64,000 bases of DNA. Source: Marivita sp. (GTDB lineage: Bacteria; Pseudomonadota; Alphaproteobacteria; Rhodobacterales; Rhodobacteraceae). Where the stretch lies: NCBI RefSeq assembly GCF_020055675.1, contig NZ_JAIPUS010000011.1, forward strand, positions 774 to 64,773, read 5' to 3'. Under the pieces are notes generated by a model that saw nothing but the letters and a program-made list of their open reading frames with translations, ran no database searches and was not told the DNA's origin. A program made the translations under genes and the position numbers. How positions within the stretch are numbered: position 1 is the first letter of the stretch; each line of letters opens with the position of its first letter. Positions 57,395-64,000 of the stretch are shown here, one piece after another.

Positions 57395-58584
57395 TGTGCC
57401 GCCACCTTCTGTTCGATCGTCGACCCGTGGCGGTAGAATTCCTGCGCCGCCGCAACGCCTGACCCCAGCTTGATGTCCAGGCCAAGATCGACCATGCACA
57501 TCTCGGCAGTTGCGATCCCCGACAGCGCCATCACGTCGGTGAGGCTGCCCAGGTGGCCAATCCGGAACACCTTGCCCGCAACCTCGCCCAGACCAACACC
57601 AAAGGCCACGCCATAGGTTTCGGCGGCATGGGTGACGATGTCTGTGGCGTTGACGCCTTCGGGTGTGCGGATCGCCGACACCGTGTCGGAATAGAGATCC
57701 GGCGTTTCGGCGCACAACGTCAGCCCCCAGGCATCGACAGCCGCACGGACACCCGACGCGATCCGGCTGTGGCGGGCAAACACGTTTTCCAGCCCCTCGG
57801 CCTGCAACATCCGGCAGGCTTCGTTCAGGCCATTCATCAGGCCGACTGGCGGCGTGTAGGGATAGGCGTTGTTGGCATAGCCTTTCACCATGTCCTGCAC
57901 GTCAAAAAAGGTGCGGTGCAGTCCGGCAGTTTGGGTTGCCGCCATTGCCTTGTCGCTGAAGCCGACAATGGCCAGCCCTGAAGGCAGCATGAAGCCTTTC
58001 TGCGACCCGGTCACGGCGACATCAACACCCCAGTCATCGAACCGAAAGTCCATGGAGGCAATCGATGACACCCCGTCGACAAAGAGCAGAGCAGGGTGGG
58101 TCGCCGCGTCCATGGCACGACGCACGGCCGCGATGTCGGATTTCACGCCCGTGGCCGTTTCGTTATGCGTGGCCAGAACCGCCTTGATCCTGTGTGCCGT
58201 GTCGGCAGTCAGGATCTCTTCATAGCGGTCCGCCGGAATGCCCTGCCCCCAGGGCACATCGACAATCTGCACGTCAAGGCCAAAGCGCTGGCACATGTCG
58301 ATCCAGCGATGCGAGAACATGCCGTTGCGCGCCACCAGCACGCTGTCCCCTGCGCAAAGTGTATTGGTCAGCGCCGTTTCCCAGCCGCCCGTGCCCGAGG
58401 CCGGGAAGATGAAGACCTCGGCGCTGGTGCTTTTCAGGATCGTCTGAACCGCCTTGCGGGCGGGGTGCAGGATCTGACCGAACAGCGGCGACCGGTGATC
58501 GATGGTCGGCATGTCACATGCCTTACGCAGTGACTCCGGGATGTTGGTCGGGCCGGGTATGAACACGGGGTTCTGGAAACTCAT
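57391..58584 (-). CDS. bhcA: Aspartate:glyoxylate aminotransferase
   Basis: MSFQNPVFIPGPTNIP, DHRS, GTGGWE, HNETATGV, GSQKGFML, FRIGHLG. Confidence 0.9.
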   Translation of the reverse strand: MSFQNPVFIPGPTNIPESLRKACDMPTIDHRSPLFGQILHPARKAVQTILKSTSAEVFIFPASGTGGWETALTNTLCAGDSVLVARNGMFSHRWIDMCQRFGLDVQIVDVPWGQGIPADRYEEILTADTAHRIKAVLATHNETATGVKSDIAAVRRAMDAATHPALLFVDGVSSIASMDFRFDDWGVDVAVTGSQKGFMLPSGLAIVGFSDKAMAATQTAGLHRTFFDVQDMVKGYANNAYPYTPPVGLMNGLNEACRMLQAEGLENVFARHSRIASGVRAAVDAWGLTLCAETPDLYSDTVSAIRTPEGVNATDIVTHAAETYGVAFGVGLGEVAGKVFRIGHLGSLTDVMALSGIATAEMCMVDLGLDIKLGSGVAAAQEFYRHGSTIEQKVAAQ

Positions 58585-58589
58585 GGCGT

Positions 58590-58740
58590 TTCTCCTCCAA
58601 TTATTGGCAGATTACGCGCAGCTTGTTTGCGTTACAATTTTTTCGAAAATATTTTTCACAATCTGGAATTTCAAAAAATTAATATAATTCAATGGTTTGT
58701 ATTTTTCACATTGCACAAATATATTTCTAAAACTGGCAAG
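58590..58740 (-). promoter_or_regulatory. Very AT-rich bhcA promoter region with repeated motif
   Basis: TATTTTTCACA at 58650-58660 and 58700-58710; imperfect palindrome TTCACAATCTGGAA at 58655-58668. Confidence 0.6.
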
Positions 58741-58789
58741 GTGCAAAGGCGTGCCTTCCTCACCGACCCGTGCCGCCTGAAAGAATGCA

Positions 58790-58849
58790 ACCGCGCAGGA
58801 CGGCCTGCCTGCCTGAAAACCTGGCGCTCCCGCCCGCCCCCTGCGCGGT
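58790..58849. repeat. Inverted-repeat (REP-like) element at the allE 3' end
   Basis: 10-bp arms ACCGCGCAGG / CCTGCGCGGT enclosing GCGCTCCCGCCCGCCCC. Confidence 0.5.
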
Positions 58850-59685
58850 CAGCCGGGCCGGCCCAGGCCAAGCGGCATGTGCCGGTTCACATCCTTGTAA
58901 AGCAGGTAACGGAATGGTCCCGGCCCACCGGCATAGCAGGCTTGCGGGCAAAAGGCGCGCAGCCACATGTAATCACCTGCCTCTACCTCGACCCAATCCT
59001 GGTTCAGCCTGTAGACGCCCTTGCCTTCAAGGACGTACAGACCGTGTTCCATCACATGGGTCTCCATGAACGGCAGAACCGCACCGGATTCCAGCGTCAC
59101 GATGGTCACATGCATGTCGTGGCGCAGGTCCGATGGATCGACAAAGCGCGTGGTCGCCCATTTGCCCTCGGTCTCCGGCATTGGCACCGGCGCGACATCA
59201 GCCTCGTTCGCCACGATCACCTCGGGCTGGGACAGCCCCTCGACCGCTTGATAGGCCTTGCGAATCCAGTGAAAGCGCACAGGCTCGGACCCCGTATTGC
59301 GCAACGTCCAGCCAGATCGCGGCGGCAGGTAGGCATATCCCCCCGGCCCCATCTCATGTGCCTCGCCATCCACGGTCACGCTCAGGGATCCCTCGACCAC
59401 GAACAGAACACCCTGCGCGCCGGGGTCGGTCTCGGGCCGCTCCGACCCGCCGCCGGGCATGACCTCCATGATGTAATGCGAAAACGTCTCGGCAAAACCG
59501 GAGAGCGGACGCGCGATCACCCACAGACGTGTTCTGTCCCAGAAGGGCAGGAAGCTTGTCGTGATGTCCCGCATCGTTCCCTTGGGGATCACCGCGTAAG
59601 CCTCGGTGAACATGGCACGATCCGTCAAAAGCTGGTCTTGCCCCGGAAGCCCGCCCTTGGGCGCGTAATAGGATCTGGTCATCAT
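58849..59685 (-). CDS. allE: Bicupin (S)-ureidoglycine aminohydrolase (AllE/YlbA-like)
   Basis: FAETFSHYIMEV.PGGGS, VRFHWIRKAY, ETHVMEHGLYVLEGK, CPQACYAGG, RYLLYKDVNRH. Confidence 0.85.
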   Translation of the reverse strand: MMTRSYYAPKGGLPGQDQLLTDRAMFTEAYAVIPKGTMRDITTSFLPFWDRTRLWVIARPLSGFAETFSHYIMEVMPGGGSERPETDPGAQGVLFVVEGSLSVTVDGEAHEMGPGGYAYLPPRSGWTLRNTGSEPVRFHWIRKAYQAVEGLSQPEVIVANEADVAPVPMPETEGKWATTRFVDPSDLRHDMHVTIVTLESGAVLPFMETHVMEHGLYVLEGKGVYRLNQDWVEVEAGDYMWLRAFCPQACYAGGPGPFRYLLYKDVNRHMPLGLGRPG

Positions 59686-59815
59686 GCGGTCCTCGACACT
59701 GCGTTGCCTGTAGTATCACCCGCAATCACGCATCGCACCACCCGGAAGACCAAGCAGCACCCTTCGGCTTTCTTTGATAATCCGGCCGGGGTCCCGGTTC
59801 AGCCCGGATACAGCG

Positions 59816-60820
59816 TCACACGCCGTAATAATCCCGGTACCACGCCACGAACCGGTTCATCCCGTCGCGCACATCGGTCTGCGGGGCATATCCGGTCAGC
59901 CGGTGCAGCAACCCGGCATCGGCCCAGGTAGCGAACACGTCACCTTTTTGCATGTCCATGTAGTTGCGCTTTGCGCTGAGCCCGGTCGCGGCCTCGATCG
60001 CCTCGATGAAATCCATCAGGCGCACCTTGTCGGAATTGCCGATATTGACGATCCGATACGGCGCTGCCGCGGTCAGCGTGTCTCCCTCCACCGCTGTCTC
60101 CGGCCCCCCCGGCACCGCGTCCATCAACAAGCGGATCGCGCGAACCAGATCCTCCACATATGTGAAATCGCGGTACATGTCGCCGTGATTGTAAATGTCG
60201 ATGGGCGTGCCGCTCAGAATGCCTTTGGTAAACTTGTAGGGCGCCATATCCGGCCGGCCCCAAGGCCCGTAAACGGTAAAGAAGCGAAACATCGTCGTCG
60301 GGATCTGCCACAGATGCGCATAGGAATGGGCCATGCTTTCATTGGCCTTCTTGGTGGCGGCATAAAAGGTAAGCTGGGTGTCGGCCTTGTCGGTTTCCTT
60401 GAACGGCATGTCCTCATTCGCGCCGTATACCGACGAGGTCGAGGCCATCAACAGATGCCCGACCTCTATCTGCCGCGCCGCTTCCATCACGTTGAAGGTG
60501 CCGACGATGTTGCTTTCAAGATAGGCGCGCGGGTTTTCCAGCGAATACCGCACCCCCGCCTGCCCGGCGAGATGCACAATCACATCCGGCGCAAACTCGG
60601 CTGCGACCCGCTCGAACACACCCGGCGTCTCCAGCGCGTCATGGGTAAAGCTATAGCCAGCGGATTGCAGCAGCATCTGGTTGCGCCGCGCCTTGAGCGT
60701 GACATCATAGTAATCGGTGATCGCGTCATAGCCATGCACGATGTCGCCATCCTCCAGCAACAACCGCACCAGATGATAGCCGATAAACCCGGCTGTTCCC
60801 GTCACAAGAACGCGTGTCAT
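59816..60820 (-). CDS. UDP-glucuronate 4-epimerase-like NAD-dependent epimerase
   Basis: TGTAGFIG, HLAGQAGVRYS, ASTSSVYG, YAATKK, RFFTVYGPWGRPDMA, RDFTY. Confidence 0.88.
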   Translation of the reverse strand: MTRVLVTGTAGFIGYHLVRLLLEDGDIVHGYDAITDYYDVTLKARRNQMLLQSAGYSFTHDALETPGVFERVAAEFAPDVIVHLAGQAGVRYSLENPRAYLESNIVGTFNVMEAARQIEVGHLLMASTSSVYGANEDMPFKETDKADTQLTFYAATKKANESMAHSYAHLWQIPTTMFRFFTVYGPWGRPDMAPYKFTKGILSGTPIDIYNHGDMYRDFTYVEDLVRAIRLLMDAVPGGPETAVEGDTLTAAAPYRIVNIGNSDKVRLMDFIEAIEAATGLSAKRNYMDMQKGDVFATWADAGLLHRLTGYAPQTDVRDGMNRFVAWYRDYYGV

Positions 60821-61008
60821 CAGAGTGCCCCGCCTGTGCTGTCCCGTCCAATCGCCAACGCACCTAGCATGAACCGCTGGCAAGCGCCAACGCGCAGGGC
60901 CTGCCCATGTTGCCCTGCAAACCGTTGCGGCAATGTATACCACAGTACACTGTTTACGACTCGCTTGGTTTGCCCTAAGGCAGGGGCAAACTTCGAAAGG
61001 TGTGACCC

Positions 61009-63216
61009 ATGGCTGACAACACGACTCCCGATATCATCTATACCAAGGTCGACGAAGCGCCGGAACTGGCCTCGGCGTCCTTCCTGCCGATCATCCAGAC
61101 CTTCGCCAAGGCCGCAGGCGTCAGCGTCGGCAGCAAGGACATCTCTCTTGCCGGGCGCATCCTTGCCACCTTCCCCGAAGTCCTGACCGAGGATCAACGC
61201 CAGCCGGACCATCTCGCAGAGCTGGGCAAATTGGTCAAAACGCCCGAAGCGAACGTGATCAAGCTGCCCAATATCTCGGCCTCGGTGCCGCAGCTCGTCG
61301 CGGCGATCAAGGAACTTCAAAGCCAAGGCTACGCGCTCCCCGACTATGTGGAGACGCCGCAGACCGACGCCGAAAAAGCGATCCGCGCCAAGTACGACAC
61401 GATCAAGGGCTCCGCCGTGAACCCGGTCCTGCGCGAAGGCAATTCCGACCGCCGCGCGGCCAAGCCGGTCAAAGCCTATGCCCAGAGCAACCCGCACCGC
61501 ATGGGCGACTGGAGCAAGGACAGCAAGACCCGCGTCGCGTCCATGTCTGCCGGTGATTTCTACTCGAACGAAACCTCCGCGACCCTCGGTTCGGACAGCG
61601 ACGCCAGGATCGTCCTCACCGCCAGGGATGGCACGGAAACCGTGCTCAAGGACGGGCTCAGCTACCCGGCCGGCACCGTGGTCGATGCCACCTTCATGTC
61701 CGCCAGCGCACTCGATGCGTTCCTCGAAGAGGAAATCGCCAGGACCCACAAAGAGGGCACGCTTTTCTCGTTGCACATGAAAGCCACGATGATGAAGGTC
61801 TCCGACCCCATCATCTTCGGCCATGCGGTCAAATGCTATCTCAAGCCGGTTTTCGATCAATACGGCGACGCGCTCGAAAAGGCCGGCGTCACCCCCAATT
61901 CCGGGCTGGGCGATCTGCTCGAACGGGTCAAGGACAAGCCCGAGATCACCGCCGCAATCGACCGCGTCATGGCCGATCGTCCGCCGATGTACATGGTCGA
62001 CAGCGACAAGGGCATCAGCAACCTGCACGTGCCCTCGGACGTGATCATCGACGCTTCCATGCCCGCGCTCATCAAGGCCGGCGGCAAGGGATGGGGCCCC
62101 GATAACAAGGAACACGACACCAACTGCGTGATCCCCGACAGCAGCTATGCCCCCGTCTATGACGAAACGATCAACTATTTCAAGGAAACCGGAAAGCTCG
62201 ATCCGGCCACCGCCGGCACGGTGCAGAATATCGGCCTGATGGCCCAGAAGGCCGAGGAATACGGGTCCCACCCCACCACCTTCGAAATCCCGCATGCGGG
62301 CACCGTCAAGATGGTGCTGGCCGATGGCACCGTGTTGCACAGCCACGAGGTCGAGCAGGGCGACATCTGGCGCTCCGCCTCCACCCGCAAGGCCCCGATC
62401 AAGGATTGGGTCCAACTCGCCATCGACCGCCAGAAGGCGGAGGGCTGCGAAGCGATCTTCTGGCTCGACGAAACCCGTGCGCATGACGCGGAACTGATCG
62501 CCTATGTCAAACCGATCCTCGAAGCCAAGGGCCTGACCGACACCTTCAGGATCATGGCCCCGCGCGAGGCGACCCGCGCCACGCTGGAAACGATCCGCGA
62601 GGGCAAAACCTCCATCGCGATCACCGGCAACGTGCTGCGCGACTACCTCACGGACCTGTTCCCGATCCTCGAACTGGCGACCAGCGCCAAGATGCTGTCC
62701 ATCGTCAAGCTGATGAACGGCGGCGGGTTGTTCGAAACCGGCGCGGGCGGCTCAGCCCCCAAGCACGTGCAACAGCTCATGGAACAGAACCACCTGCGCT
62801 GGGACAGCCTGGGCGAATTCTGCGCGCTGGGCGAAAGCCTGCAATTCCTCGCGGATGCGCGGAACAATGAAAAGGCGCGCGTGCTGGGCAAGGCGGTGGA
62901 TGCCGCAACACAGGGCATCCTTGACAACAGCCGCTCACCGTCGCGCAAGGTCGGAGAACCGGACAACCGCGACAGCCATTACTGGTTCGCCCGCTACTGG
63001 GCCGAAGCCTTGGCCGCCCAAACCGAGGACACCGAAATCGCAGCCCATTTCGCCCCCATCGCGAAAGCCCTGACCGACCAGGAAGACGCCATCACCAAAG
63101 AGCTTGCCACGGCACAGGGCACGGAGGTGGATCTGGGCGGCTATTACCACACCGATCCGGCCAAAACCGAGTCGGTGATGCGCCCCTCCGCCACGCTCAA
63201 CGCGATCATCGGCTGA
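61009..63216 (+). CDS. icd: Monomeric NADP-dependent isocitrate dehydrogenase
   Basis: [60 protein letters not shown]; 735 aa. Confidence 0.96.
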   Translation: MADNTTPDIIYTKVDEAPELASASFLPIIQTFAKAAGVSVGSKDISLAGRILATFPEVLTEDQRQPDHLAELGKLVKTPEANVIKLPNISASVPQLVAAIKELQSQGYALPDYVETPQTDAEKAIRAKYDTIKGSAVNPVLREGNSDRRAAKPVKAYAQSNPHRMGDWSKDSKTRVASMSAGDFYSNETSATLGSDSDARIVLTARDGTETVLKDGLSYPAGTVVDATFMSASALDAFLEEEIARTHKEGTLFSLHMKATMMKVSDPIIFGHAVKCYLKPVFDQYGDALEKAGVTPNSGLGDLLERVKDKPEITAAIDRVMADRPPMYMVDSDKGISNLHVPSDVIIDASMPALIKAGGKGWGPDNKEHDTNCVIPDSSYAPVYDETINYFKETGKLDPATAGTVQNIGLMAQKAEEYGSHPTTFEIPHAGTVKMVLADGTVLHSHEVEQGDIWRSASTRKAPIKDWVQLAIDRQKAEGCEAIFWLDETRAHDAELIAYVKPILEAKGLTDTFRIMAPREATRATLETIREGKTSIAITGNVLRDYLTDLFPILELATSAKMLSIVKLMNGGGLFETGAGGSAPKHVQQLMEQNHLRWDSLGEFCALGESLQFLADARNNEKARVLGKAVDAATQGILDNSRSPSRKVGEPDNRDSHYWFARYWAEALAAQTEDTEIAAHFAPIAKALTDQEDAITKELATAQGTEVDLGGYYHTDPAKTESVMRPSATLNAIIG

Positions 63217-63225
63217 CATGAGACA

Positions 63226-63249
63226 GGGTCGGGCGACCACGCCCGACCC
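63226..63249. repeat. GC hairpin after icd (REP-like or terminator; no U tract)
   Basis: GGGTCGGGCG-ACCA-CGCCCGACCC. Confidence 0.6.
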
Positions 63250-63517
63250 GCACCCCGCAGGTTTGCAATCGCCAAAACCGCGTCGAGTGCCCAACTGCAC
63301 GCATCGATACGCCAACAGGGTCGCATCATGGCTGTCTTGGCTGCCATCACGTCGCCGGGCGCGTATCATTGGCCGGGTGGCTAGATTGCGCCGGATACGA
63401 AATCTGCCGCCCCAAAGTGCTGGGCCGCATGGGTCCAAACCTTAACACGCGGTGAATCCGCCTCCATAACCCCTTGAAATATATACAGGCCAAAGCCGTC
63501 CCAGCCATGGGACGCTC

Positions 63518-64000
63518 TCAATGCGCGGTCTCGTCCACCGCGTCCACGGTAAAGAACCACTCCGCATCGGGGTCCCTCTCGACGACCTCGTCCGGCACCA
63601 CCCCCGGCCCCGCCAGGAAAACGTTCGCTCCGAAATGGGTGTGCAGCCGGGACAGCTTTTCCAGCCGCGGCCCGGTCAGATCGGCGTAGAACGCGGCATA
63701 GTTTTCCGTCGCCCGCAGCGCGTCGATCTTGGCCCGATGCGCCGCCACCGCGGCCTCATGCGCCGCCCTGATTTCCGGATCCGCCATCATCCGCGCCAGC
63801 TCGGCCTGCATCATCGGAAGCCGTTTCTGGATCGACAGGTCCTCCTCGAAATTGTTGTTCATCCGGAACCAGTACGCCAGCCCTTGATCCCGATCCACGT
63901 GGTTCACCCGCCCCCGGTCGCGCTTGACCAGGAAACTCTCCGCCGACCGGACCGCATAGTGATTGAGCTGGACCAGATCATAACCATAGGTCTCGGCCGT
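63518..64000 (-). CDS. Glycosyltransferase family 2-like protein, C-terminal part
   Basis: Frame open to window edge: YGYDLVQLNHYAVRSAESFLVKRDRGRVNHVDRDQGLAYWFRMN. Confidence 0.7.
   Translation of the reverse strand, partial: TAETYGYDLVQLNHYAVRSAESFLVKRDRGRVNHVDRDQGLAYWFRMNNNFEEDLSIQKRLPMMQAELARMMADPEIRAAHEAAVAAHRAKIDALRATENYAAFYADLTGPRLEKLSRLHTHFGANVFLAGPGVVPDEVVERDPDAEWFFTVDAVDETAH

Noticed and set aside
60969-60990. TTTGCCC-N8-GGGCAAA inverted repeat upstream of icd
   Set aside because: Short GC-rich arms and no regulator I can assign
1-64000. rRNA, tRNA, riboswitches, transposases, prophage or defence genes
   Set aside because: No recognisable signatures by eye; an Infernal/tRNAscan/HMM run would be needed to exclude divergent RNAs

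Overview
High-GC alphaproteobacterial chromosomal segment, most consistent with a marine Rhodobacteraceae/Roseobacter-group genome (inferred from gene content). No rRNA, tRNA, CRISPR array, transposase or prophage gene was recognised. Left to right: ibpA (partial), gabD, alpha/beta hydrolase, sarcosine oxidase soxBDAG, a 50-aa membrane protein and a HisKA_2 kinase (each behind an EcfG-type promoter), a small membrane protein plus DUF1523-like gene, xsc-soeABC (with an extra 53-aa ORF and no pta), and a three-gene polysaccharide module whose AT3-SGNH acyltransferase seems to have lost its catalytic motifs. Next is a Pho-box-preceded family-5 ABC importer, a phosphonate monoester hydrolase-like enzyme, LysR-phnWAY-EamA, and a TRAP/gamma-glutamylation cluster resembling the ethanolamine pathway. 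Then urate/allantoin catabolism, a PRC-barrel/dodecin pair with EcfG-type promoters, bhcABCD (no adjacent bhcR), allE-like cupin, UDP-sugar epimerase, monomeric icd and a partial GT2. Best candidate for an undescribed system: the 23.8-46.5 kb block, which may be a phosphonolipid/phospholipid head-group scavenging island (import, ester cleavage, 2-AEP and ethanolamine catabolism). All calls come from reading motifs and recalling families; no database search or computation was run, and some start codons are best estimates.
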